64,000 bases of DNA from the NCBI GenBank assembly GCA_964016885.1, contig OZ024742.1, positions 220,410,001-220,474,000 on the forward strand, written 5' to 3'. Position 1 is the stretch's first letter, and each line of letters starts with the position of its first letter. The stretch is from Eledone cirrhosa. Taxonomy: Eukaryota. The notes beneath the pieces were generated by a model that did not search any database, was not told where the DNA came from, and was given only the letters and a program-made list of their open reading frames with translations. Of this stretch, positions 1-11,733 are shown one piece after another. A program made the translations under genes and the position numbers.

Positions 1-139
1 GAAGTCAAATCAGACATCTGCTCTGTCTAGTGCACTAGACATGGCGTGGAAGTCGGCTATCAAGAAATCACATGCTTGATTTTTGGCTTATATTTTTAAA
101 AATGATAAAAACGACATGGATGTAAATCGATCTAGGTCG

Positions 140-214
140 AAATTGCGCCCCCCCCCCCCCCTAAATATGGCGCTCGTGGCATGTGCCCTGCTTTCCATAC
201 CCTAGCTACGCCAC
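140..214. mobile_element. Right end of a Harbinger-like MITE
   Basis: Ends ...CCCTAGCTACGCCACT (reverse complement AGTGGCGTAGCTAGGG) followed by (TA)n, with GC-rich GCGCCCC motifs inside. The left end is not in the window. Confidence 0.4.
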
Positions 215-305
215 TATATATATATATATATTCAGTAATTAGGAATATTCCAAAGCTTGGTAGAACAAGTTGTGAGGAAAGTTATCAACATACGTTAAGG
301 TGACT

Positions 306-644
306 GGGGAGGGTCATATTTGTGTAATATTGCCAGAATTAATAAATATATAGACAGACTAAATAAAAATGGCGTAGACATACAATGTAACGGGAGGAAA
401 CAATAGCACCACTGACGATGTTGCAGATGTGCAACGAAAGAACTTTGATAAACTATATATATGTGTTTGTGTCTACATTGTATCTGTATTATTTTTGACC
501 GTTGGTCAGTCAATGGCAACATTGAGGACCGAATAAATTAGATTACCGATATAAAAGACACAGAAGCGAAAAGCGAAAACCAACCAAACAGTAAGTGTGT
601 TCTGTTATTAATTCTGGCAATATTACACAAATATGACCCTCCCC
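306..644. repeat. 40-bp inverted repeat enclosing a decayed hammerhead-like motif
   Basis: GGGGAGGGTCATATTTGTGTAATATTGCCAGAATTAATAA (~307-346) is inverted at ~605-644. The spacer holds CTGACGA-t-GTTGCA-gatg-TGCAAC-GAAA (412-439). Confidence 0.65.
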
Positions 645-696
645 AAGTATAACAATATTTGTTTCGACACACGATTTCATATAAAATACCTCGCAA

Positions 697-761
<65 letters not shown>

Positions 762-1153
762 TTGGCAGCTAAATAGTATGACAGACAGGCAGACACACAA
801 ACAAACAGAGATCTTCAATACCCCCAACTGAGTTGTGTTATGGTTTGTCGCGACCAAGGCAGACGTAAGAGTATTTCTGTTATCAGCGATTGTACAACAG
901 TTGTTGTCAAAGCCTTCATTGCTACTATTGATGTCTTATTACACGCACATACACACACAAACAAACGTATGCAGCTTTCGACAACAAGTGTAGGAAATAT
1001 CCAGCATTACAACACACACACACACGCACACATATAACGTTCATATACATAATACATACATACAGCATGCATGCATGCATACATACACATATACATACCT
1101 GCATACATACATCAAGCATGCATTCATATATATGTTCATACATAATTCATATA

Positions 1154-1362
1154 CATGGTGGTTGCCAACTCGTTTTCGAGTACGGCCACTACTTTACATC
1201 CATGTAGGAGAACCCCTACCGATGGGCTGAACGAGTGTGACTTTTTAGTCCAGCCAGCGACTTGAACACTCTGGTACAAACACTACACTTGTGACAATTA
1301 TTGACACATAGTGCTGGGCCCATGGTACCATGTGACGACAAGTGCAGAGAGATCTCCAGATA
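1154..1362 (-). mobile_element. 3' fragment of the (TATG)n-tailed RTE-derived non-autonomous element
   Basis: Near-identical to 54941-55150 and 59828-60035, and adjacent to CATA-type repeats. Confidence 0.75.
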
Positions 1363-1513
1363 TCTGTTAGAACACGAAAAGTGTGAAACAACAGAATGTT
1401 CACTTTTCGTGTTCTAACATATATGCGTAACTTCTTCATAAATTTTCCGGGGATAGCCGTGGTGGTGGTGATCGTATGTCATTGGCTAATTTTCAACCAA
1501 TCAGAGTAAGTGT

Positions 1514-1571
<58 letters not shown>

Positions 1572-2964
1572 TATTCCCCCTCTCTATATATATATCTTAC
1601 GCTTTCGCTTTACACTCCTCCCCTTCAATAACACATTTCCCCCTCTCTATATATCTCTTATACTGTTACACTTATATTTCCATTTATTTATTACCCCCTC
1701 TCTCTATATCTCTTCCACTGTTACTTACGCCTGTTTCTCTCTATCTGTTCCGTCTCTATATATATCTCTCTTACTCTTTCGCTTTGCACTCCTCCCCTTC
1801 AATACCATCTCTCCCCCTCTCTATATATTTGTTACTCTATCGCTGCACGCTCCTCTCCTTCAATATATCAATTACACACTTACGCTTTACACTCCTTTAT
1901 CCCCAGCGCCCCTATATATATACACCCCCCCCCGCATCTATATTTTAATGTTCCGTTGCACCGTGAATATATGTGTCTATATATATATACATATATATTG
2001 TATATACACATTCATGTATGTGTATACACACTCATGTATGTATATACACTGGTTTTATGTGTATATTGTAAATTTGTACTGTTAAAACACGAAACTAACA
2101 TTCGATTGACACTTTGATTACCTGTACAGGCAATAGTTATTAGAATGCTGTTGAAGTGTGTATATATTTTTGGGGGACATCCTGTATATACACACATTAT
2201 ATATAATACAATAAACAGATAAATACACACATATATATATGAGCTTATTTAATTATAAATATTGTGAATTTTTAACACAGTTCAATTATATATATAAATG
2301 GCTTCTACAGGACTAGAACTGTTTCATTCGAAAGAAATCATCATAATATTGAGAGGGGGGACTAGATAAAATATTTCAAATCAAATGTGTATAAGTTATA
2401 AGTTAAAATGTATAAATAGAGACGATAGTGGAGGTATATCTGTTTAGTGGAACAGTAGACGATAGAATTAAATACAGACGAGAATCTCCCTTTAATGAAA
2501 CAGCAGACGATAGAATTAAGGCAATTTAAATTTTAAGCATTTGCATTTTTGCCTTTCATCGTTACGGGGTCGATAAAATAAAGTACCAGTAATACACTGT
2601 CACTATAAGTAGACGACTTTCAAATTGAATTGTTGGTTCCATTTCTTTAGTATTTTCAATTGTAGTTATCTACTTAAAAAGCGTTACACGGTTAGAGACA
2701 TAATTGGTAAGTTATATCTTCCCTATTAAACCATTGCATTATTTCGCCTACAATAGAACAAAAATGAAATGTTCTTTAAAGAAACAGGAATATAACTTTA
2801 TAAAAAAAAAAGTTGCATCCGCTTCTTTTATCATTGATAATTTTTTCGTTTTAATATTAATTGTTTTTTGTAGTTGTTTATATTAAAAATCTTACTGTAA
2901 TATTTACTTAAACGAAGGCAGACATCTAAACTTATAGATTAATCTTGAGCGAAGGACTAGATAA

Positions 2965-3049
<85 letters not shown>

Positions 3050-3241
3050 TAGATAATTTAATATATCAACTAACATAAGCGCACAGATGCACGTCCATGC
3101 CAGCAAATACACAGGTTATGTCATAGTACCTAGGTGGTTCAATGCAGGAGGATGCAGAACAATAATATAAAAGACGTAAAATAAGAAAATATTTTTTTAA
3201 AAAATTTTTTTAAATTTTTTTACTTACTTACTTAAATTTTC

Positions 3242-3323
3242 ACTCCAACTAATTAGTTTCTGCAATGGGATAAAGACAGTTACGTAATCCAACTGTCGAG
3301 AATTCATTGCGTCATCAGGGAGT
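3242..3323 (-). ncRNA. Type I hammerhead ribozyme
   Basis: Reverse-complement copy of 4337-4418. Confidence 0.8.
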
Positions 3324-4336
3324 CAATTCTCAGCTAAGTCTCCAGGCAATGCGCGGACACTGGCGGCTCATATAAAAATAATAATAATTCGGTAGATAGA
3401 ACAGCTGGCGAGGACTGGATTCCATGTACTGAAATTCTCACTGCTTCTAGTCAAATGGCCGATTCTAAAGAATCAATCACGTGACACAGAGGCTAGTTAG
3501 AAGGAATGGGATGGTAAGATGACTGACGCCTACTAACACCCCAAAAAATTTAGAAGTGGTTTTGGCAGGTTTGCTCGACAAATCAGTGATTTGGAGATAA
3601 ATATAGATAATTTAATATATCAACTAACATAAGCGCACAGATGCACGTCCATGCCAGCAAATACACAGGTTATGTCACAGTACCTAGGTGGTTCAATGCA
3701 GGAGGATGCAGAACAATAATATAAAAGACGTAAAATAAGAAAATATTTTTAAAAAAAATTTTTTTTTAATTTTTTACTTACTTAAATTTTCACTCCAACT
3801 AATTAGTTGGAGAAACTAATTAGTTGGAGAAACTAATTAGTTGCAGAAACTAATTAGTTGGAGTGAAAATTTAAGTAAGTAAGTAAAAAATTTTTTTTTA
3901 ATTTTTTTTTTAAATATTTTCTTATTTTACGTCTTTTATATTATTGTTCTGCATCCTCCTGCATTGAACCACCTAGGTACTATGACATAACCTGTGTATT
4001 TGCTGGCATGGACGTGCATCTGTGCGCTTATGTTAGTTGATATATTAAATTATCTATATTTATCTCCAAATCACTGATTTGTCGAGCAAACCTGCCAAAA
4101 CCACTTCTAAATTTTTTGGGGTGTTAGTAGGCGTCAGTCATCTTACCATCCCATTCTTTCTAACTAGCCTCTGTGTCACGTGATTGATTCTTTAGAATCG
4201 GCCATTTGACTAGAAGCAGTGAGAATTTCAGTACATGGAATCCAGTCCTCGCCAGCTGTTCTATCTACCGAATTATTATTATTTTTATATGAGCCGCCAG
4301 TGTCCGCGCATTGCCTGGAGACTTAGCTGAGAATTG

Positions 4337-4418
4337 ACTCCCTGATGACGCAATGAATTCTCGACAGTTGGATTACGTAACTGTCTTTATCCCATTGCAG
4401 AAACTAATTAGTTGGAGT
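4337..4418 (+). ncRNA. Type I hammerhead ribozyme
   Basis: Stem I ACTCC/GGAGT; core CTGATGA (4342-4348); stem II GCAATG/CATTGC plus GACAGTT/AACTGTC; GAAA (4400-4403); palindromic stem III CTAATTAG; GUU cleavage triplet ending at 4413. Confidence 0.8.
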
Positions 4419-4480
4419 GAAAATTTAAGTAAGTAAAAATTTTTTTTTAATTTTTTAAAAAAATATTTTCTTATTTTACG

Positions 4481-4516
<36 letters not shown>

Positions 4517-4520
<4 letters not shown>

Positions 4521-4729
4521 GAAGAATGATAAAATTTCAAGCAAAGAGTTTAATTAGGTAATGACTTACAAATTTGTTTCAGTATATATTTAATATAATA
4601 TTAATATATTTTGTAATATTATTAACTAATTATTATAATTAGCGCTTCAGGCTTTGTCTATATACTGAAACAAATTTGTAAGTCATTACCTAATTAAACT
4701 CTTTGCTTGAAATTTTATCACTCTTCGTT
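4517..4729. repeat. ~72-bp inverted repeat (fold-back) with hammerhead 3' half
   Basis: 4517-4588 is inverted at ~4659-4729. The arms contain GAAA-CAAATTTG-TA (palindromic stem III-like). Confidence 0.8.
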
Positions 4730-4849
4730 TTGAATTTCTCCTAAGTATTCAATACTCTGTTGAGAAATACATTTTACATAAACAGTCTTTGTACCATTTA
4801 TACGGTATTAATTACTTATATTTATATATATATATATATATAGCGTATG

Positions 4850-4981
4850 ATTAGAACTGTGTTTATTATTAATATTTTAATGGATTTAATGAAAAATTTT
4901 AGGTGTTCATATATATATTCTAAAAATGCGCGAAATCGTGAATCCGCGATAGTTGAACCGCCAAGTAGCGAGGTATCACTG
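4850..4981. mobile_element. pogo/Tigger-like transposon right-end fragment
   Basis: Ends ...CCGCGATAGTTGAACCGCCAAGTAGCGAGGTATCACTG followed by TA, resembling CAGT-type Tc1/pogo TIRs. Confidence 0.4.
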
Positions 4982-5009
4982 TATATATGTTTAAATATAT
5001 AGTGTAGCT

Positions 5010-8000
5010 GTGATGTATCTCGCGAGTGAATCGAGACCTGTCACTGATTTTGGTGTCCCCACTGCCGATGTGAATGAGCAACGCTGCACTTGTGAATTGG
5101 GTCTTGATGTTGCAGGCAGTTCATATACTTACAATGATGCGGTCCCACAAGCTTGTTCACATTCCTGTGCTAATAATCTAGATGGGCGTATTAAATTGGA
5201 TGTGAAAGCAGCTTACCGGATGCGGAATCGGGAGAAGTTGAGACAAAAACAGGCCGATTATAGAGCTGTGAATTTTGCTAAATTAACACAAAAACAGGCC
5301 AAGTATAGATGTTCAAAACGGTATGAGTTGGCAAACAAGCAGGCCAAGTATAGATCTGCAAATTCAGCTATTATATCTCAAAAGCAAGCCGAGCGTAGAG
5401 CTTCTAAACGTACCGAGTTGGCTAAAGAGCAGACCAAGTACAGATCTGCAAATCAAGACAAAGTATTACAAACAAAGGCTATGTATAAAATTCACCATAA
5501 AGATAATATACAGTCTTATGAGAAAACATACTATAAAAAAAAGTTTCTTCATAAGCGGTCTTTGTATCAAATGAAGAAACTAAATAAAATGGTTGACTTC
5601 CGGATGCAGCATCAGATCTTGATGTCCCAATTTGTTAAGTCATATAAAAAGACAATAACAGATACCAATCTTCGCAACGACGCACATAGTCACGTGCTGA
5701 GTGTGTTCTCCAGATCTGTTGGGATGCGAAATTTTGTGTGTGCTCAATTAAAAATAAATGTTAAAGCTGTGCATACATTGATGGAAAAGGTCAATGCTAA
5801 CGGTTTGTTGCATTATTGGGGAAATCAACATTATCACAGTTCCACCAATGAGCTTCCTAATTTTGACAAGAGCACTGCAAAGTACATGAAAATGGATGAG
5901 TTTAAAAATCAGTCCGTTGAGAAAGTCCGAATAGTCGTTATCAATAATGAGGAGACAGACAACATTGTGAATGACATGGCTAATGCTGACGAGCAGAATG
6001 ATGATAATGATGTGTCTAAATGTTTGGTTAGACCTCGCGGGTCTTCCATATTAGATACATGTCCAAATGACTCAGCTGCTCGTCTAACTTTGTGCCAAAG
6101 AATTGATGATAAACTTCCAAAACTCAATCCCGATATGACAGTTGCTGAAATAAGGCAGTTGATCGAGAAATATGAGTTTTGCAATGTTACTCATGATAAT
6201 GATCAGCACTGCATCGGTAAAACTGGCTGCACCAGTGAATTTGGCTTTTTAAAATCCATAGCAGTTCACTCGCCAAAGTTGCGCACATTGCTGAGGAAAA
6301 TTTATAAAGTTCGGTCCTTATGTATTTGGCTCAACAAGTACAATGAAGCTGTTTTCAATGGCGATTGGACCAACTTTGAGAATTTGACAGACGTTGCCAA
6401 CATTGAGCGTGCTATTGCAGTTAAATTCAATAATATGTGCACTGGTTTCAATGATGTCGAACACACTGATGCAGATGTCATTCATAAATATGGTAATCAA
6501 GTTCAAAGATTTCAATCTGAAATTACCAACTATAAAATCCAACATTGTCATATCTGCAAACTGCGCAAATATAGCAAGGAACTAAAAGTTTGGGATAATT
6601 GGAACTCTAGATATTTTAAAACGGCCGTTGCAAAGGATGCAATAACTGCCAACTACTCTTTGCCTTGCACAGTCTGCACAACATGCACTACACATTTGCG
6701 CAACAGTGGGGTGCCTTCAATGGCCTCAATAAATGGCTTGGGCGTTGCTGCCGTTCCCAAAGAACTTGCTGATCTTAATACATATGAGCGAATACTTGTA
6801 CAACGGGCCAAATGTTTCGTCAATGTAATAAAACTGGTGCCATACTCATTCAAAGGCAATATTTCAGCATGCATTTCCGCTATTAAAGGAATTGCAATTC
6901 ACTTGCCTTTGCCTATGGACGGAACTATTAACCGCACCATGGATACGTTACCTGCGCTTCAAGACGACATGCTTAAAATAGTCGTTGATAGCTTGCCTTC
7001 GCGGAAACAAATTATCTGGCGTTCAATGGTAGACATGAGTAAAGTATTGAAGGCACTTGATTGGCTTGCAGCAAACAATGTAATGTATGCCGATGTTAAG
7101 ATCAATCGCTACGCCGATACGGAAAATGAAAACATTGTCGAGTGCTCGGGAGTTAATAATGCCAAATTCGATAATCTTTTAGTTAAATCGAATGCTGGCA
7201 TTACCTATGAGCATCACACTGTTAGAGACATGAATCCGTGTCTCCCTGCAGACACTGACTTGGCCTTGTACAAAATGAAAAGAGTGGAAGGCGATTTTAT
7301 TGCAGACAATGATAAAAAACTTGAGTTGTTGTGCTTTCCTTGTCTTTATCCAACTGGTCAGTTTGGCATTTTCGTGGACAATAGACCGTTTGGCGCTGTA
7401 AAGCCATACATGTTCATAAGAAACAGACTGAATCATAGCGACTCTAGATTTCGGCGAGATATACAATATCTCATGTTTTGTCTTGATAAAGCCGACAAGA
7501 GAGGCATTGATTCTGGTATATATGCCATCATGAAGACCACCAAAAACAGCCGCATGACTATAAGCGAGTTTAGAAGGCGGCTCCATGAAAATGACAGGCA
7601 CCTAGAGGGCAATTTAAATATGATGATGGCCAATGTTCGTGGTTCCAAGCAGTTTTGGTCTAGAAAATGTTCAGACTTGATGGCTATGGACGAGAAATTT
7701 GGCCCGGCCCACTTGTTCTTAACTTTGTCTTGTGCAGAGTACTTTTGGCCTGATCTGAGAGAGTTCCTGGAAAAGTTGAATGCTGACATACCAGACATTT
7801 CTAGAAAACGCACCAATTAGTTGTGCGCGGATGACGTGGTGGCTGTTAGCGAACATTTTCACCATCGGTTCACCACCTTTATGAAAGAAGTTGTTAAACA
7901 TACCAATTCTCCGTTTGGTATTGTCGAGCACTTTTTTTAGAGGTTGGAATACCAAATGAGAGGTGCTCCGCATGTTCACATGAAATTATGGATTAAAGAT

Positions 8001-11000
8001 GGCCCTATTATGGACAGAGACGACAACTATGCTATTCAGACGTTTATACAGTCCATGATCACATGTCGCATGCCGTCCAATGTAGAAAGCCCCGTTTTGT
8101 CAGACTTGGTGTTGCGTTTTCAACGACATGTCTGTAGTGGATCCTGCAAAAGGCAAATATGTTCGAGTGGTCGTTTTTACACTCGATGCAGGTTTGGATT
8201 TCCTCGTCCTATCGGGAATTTCAATTTGCTTAGCGTCAACGAGTGTATAAAATCTCGACACAAAGGTAGAGCTGTCAAAAAGTTGTACAAGCTTGACAGA
8301 CGACAAGGGGAAGAGTGCATCAATGACTACAATCCTGTTGTTCTGTATGTCTGGAAAGCTAATGTCGATATCCAATACATCGGTGAAGATAGCATGATTC
8401 TAAACCGATATGTTACTAGTTATCAGACAAAGTCCGAAAAGACTGAAACTGAAGGTATTTGGGCTGAGATTGACAAGTCCAAGTCCATTTACTCCAGATA
8501 CAAGAGTGTCGGACTTAAGCTGATGGGCAAGCGTGATACAGGTGCCTATGAGGCTGCAGACAAATTGCTTGGCCACCATTTTTATGGATGCTCTGAAAGC
8601 CTCATTTGGATTGGAGCCGATTTGCCTAGTTACCGATCCCACAGGTTCAGGCCTCAGTATGAACTGGATAAATTGAAACCGTATTCTACCGATCTTTATT
8701 ACGAGAATATGGTCGAAAATTGGTATCCAAACAGGCCTGATTCGATGGAGCACATGTGTTTGTATGAACTTGCGAGTAAATACGAACATGTGAATCCAAT
8801 TGGTAACAGCAATTTTGATGACGACTTCAGGTTGAGAAATAATCTTGGCTATTTCAAATCTGTGAAAGAGCGGATTGTGAAGTCGCCAAACATTAGATTG
8901 ACTGCAGATACCTGTGATCGCTATCACCACAACCTGCTTATGCTCTTTAAATCTTGGCGAGACGAGGAAAAAGACTTGCTGGGAGGTTGTGAGACTTATA
9001 AAGAGTCTTTTGAACAGTGCGCAAACCATTTATCTGAAATGGTCAGGTTCCAGAATGTGCGCAAACGTTTGGAGAATGCGCTGGAACAAGCCAAACATAT
9101 TCCAAACGAACCTCAGTCTCATGATAATGATGACCATTCTTGCGGTGATCACATGGAGGCGTTGGCAGTTGATGATGCTAATGTCGATTTGCCTTGCATG
9201 AGAGATGTCGCTGAGGATGCACTGAGGCATAAAGAAAATAAACTGAATGAAGTGCAAAGAAAAATTTATGACGATATCGTTGCCGGTATTGACAAACAAG
9301 ACAAACATTGGGACAACAGCAAACCTTATCCGAGATGTAGTTGCGATGATTGTCCACAAGTCTTGAAATTTGTTTCAGGTGTTGGTGGCACGGGCAAGAG
9401 TTTTTTGATAAATGTACTGGCTGATAAAATTCAGTACATGTATCCAAATGACAATGGCCCGAGCGTAGTGATATCGGCACCCACAGGAATGGCTGCTTTC
9501 CAACTCAACGGCATGACTGTTCATCGAATGCTAAAGCTCAAAGTGCAGCACGGTAAAACTCCCGTGTACGATGATCTACCAAAGGACTTTTTGAAAATGC
9601 TGAGGATGGGGCTTCAATATGTCCGACTGATCATAATCGATGAGATTAGCATGGTCAGTCATTTGCAGTTGGCATTCATTCACTTGAGATTGTGCCAATT
9701 GTTTTGTGACTTTGCCCAAGGCATTTCTCCTTTCGGGCGAATGAACATTGTTGTTTTGGGAGATTTGCTTCAATTACCGCCTGTTAGAGAAAAGCCGGTG
9801 TTTAACAAAGTTACTCACCAAGATGCACAAAGATCATGCATAGGAGTCAGCAGCCACCATTTGTGGAGGTACTTCAAGTACGACGAGTTGACAGTCAACA
9901 TGCGTCAGAAAGAAGACTTGGATAATTATGTTGACATGCTCGGCCGAATAAGGCTGGGTTCACCACTTGATTCAGATATTGAAATTCTAAATAAGCATAG
10001 AATTGATCTCAACGGCAAAGCTTCCATTGATCAGGTTGCTTACAAAATGTGTGAGCTGATACAGACTTCTAATTTGAGTATCGTCTGTGTCATGCCTCTA
10101 AACGAGTCAGTAGAAAAGTTTAACGCTGCAATGCTCAATAAACTTGGCATTAATACCGTTGAACTTATGGCTATTGATTCGAATATGAGGCAAACCAAAT
10201 GTCAAAAGAAAACAAAAAGAAAAAAGCTGACCACTAAAAAGACTTCTGATACTGCTGGCCTTGAAACTGTTCTTAAAGTTGGCGTTAATGCTCGAGTTAT
10301 GCTTAAACGCAACATCGATCTTGAGAAAGGCTTGTGCAATGGTGCAATGGGAACTGTAAAGCAACTCAATTATGAGTTTGGAAAAATGACTTCCATTGAC
10401 GTTCTCTTTGAGAGTACAAACCAAATTGTTGCCATCAAACGTGTCAAAGCCGATTACGAATTGTCTCCTAGTGTTTTTATCACTAGAGAACAATATCCCT
10501 TGTGCATTGCATATGCAATTTCCATCCACAAATCACAGGGAATAAGTGTCGATGGAGTCGTTGTTGATTTGGGCACTGGCGTTTTTGCAGACGGTATGGC
10601 CTATGTAGCCTTGTCTAGAGCCCGCAAACTGTGCAATGTTTACTTGATTGATCTTGATCCAACGAGTTTGATCATGTGCGACTCTAGTGCTTGGAGAGAA
10701 TACAATTATTTGAGAGAGACCATTAATATGGGACCGCTTCCATTGTGTAACGTGAGGCCCAACAGTATTGGACAGGCCAAAAAAGCAACTAAAAAAAGTA
10801 AATTTGCTATTAATATTGACAGTGGAATGGTCAACTTGGCGAATCCAAAAAAGGCCAGAACTGAGAAAACGGTTGCAAAGCCGTACATTTCGCTGATCAA
10901 TGAGAGAAATGCTTGCTTTGTAAACAGCACCATGCAAGTTATACGCCAGCTGGTGTTGTTGGTTGAACACATTCAGTCCACTGATGATGTTGCTATTCGT

Positions 11001-11733
11001 GAAATTAGCGATATTATATCGTCATCTGGAACTAAATCGGTCGCAAATTTGAGAAATATTCTCGGCGGCAGGTTTAATGATGGTACCCAACAGTGTGCGC
11101 ACGATTTTTGGAAGCACATTTATCAGTTGTTCTCTAAAAAAATTAAACAACTATTCACCTTTGAGGAAAATACTTGGCTCAGCTGCACTAGAAAACACGA
11201 GCACAATTGCCCCAGATTGCACAATGATGAATGTTATTGTGCATCGATCAACGGCTGTGGCACTTGCACACATATAACTGATGTCAAGTCTGATCTGACG
11301 TTGCAGCCTGTTAATGGTCGGCAGCAATTCAAAAGCTTGCTCAAAACTGATGTTTCGCTCATTAAGAGATGCGATCTGTGTGGCATTGACACCGAGCACT
11401 TTGGTACAGTTAACCATGTATTTCCAAACACAATGCGTTACTTGGTTGTTTATTTGAATAGATTCGAATATACAAACAATCAGATGATCAGAATTGATTC
11501 TGAGTTGATGAATTTCTCTCCGAACAAGCATCAGCATTTACGGCCAAAAATTCCGACTAATCGGCTCCGTCTTGCATTCACTGGCTAGTGCAGACTCCGG
11601 GCACTACACCAGCATCGTCCGCAATCAGGACAGATGGGACATTATTAACGATGCCGTCTTTTCCAAGCAGTATATAGGTTTCCCGTCGAAACTGCTTAAC
11701 AACTACCTGTTGTTTTTAGAAAAGTTGAATTGA
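5010..11733 (+). pseudogene. Helitron/Helentron-like RepHel (HUH Rep + PIF1 helicase) fused to a USP/C19 peptidase domain, disrupted
   Basis: ORFs 5010-7820 and 7944-11588 are in the same frame, separated by TAG 7818-7820 and TAG 7938-7940. Rep motifs HLFLTLSC, EYQMRGAPHVH, YVTSY. PIF1 motifs GVGGTGKS, APTGMAA, IIDEISMV, GDLLQLPPV, SIHKSQG, YVALSR. USP motifs NERNACFVNSTMQ, QQCAHDF, YLNRF, and after a +1 shift near 11527 GHY..W..ND..YLLFLEK* (stop 11731-11733). Confidence 0.9.

Larger units (their letters stand above)
3051..4490. repeat. Head-to-head array of a ~550-bp non-coding monomer with hammerhead ribozyme (retrozyme/Penelope pLTR-like)
   Basis: Sequence at 3051 recurs at 3605 (period 554). 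3166-3808 is the reverse complement of 3848-4490. The junction has four AACTAATTAGTT palindromes. (TA)n flanks both sides. Confidence 0.9.

Noticed and set aside
3797-3859. CRISPR-like appearance of four 12-bp palindromes
   Set aside because: Spacers are only 5 bp and nearly identical, there are no cas genes and the context is eukaryotic. The hammerhead stem III explains it.
5323-11537. Short overlapping and antisense ORFs within the RepHel gene
   Set aside because: Shadow ORFs with no motifs.
5010-11733. Endogenous virus or host PIF1/USP gene
   Set aside because: There are no capsid, polymerase or integrase genes, and HUH Rep fused to PIF1 is the Helitron signature.
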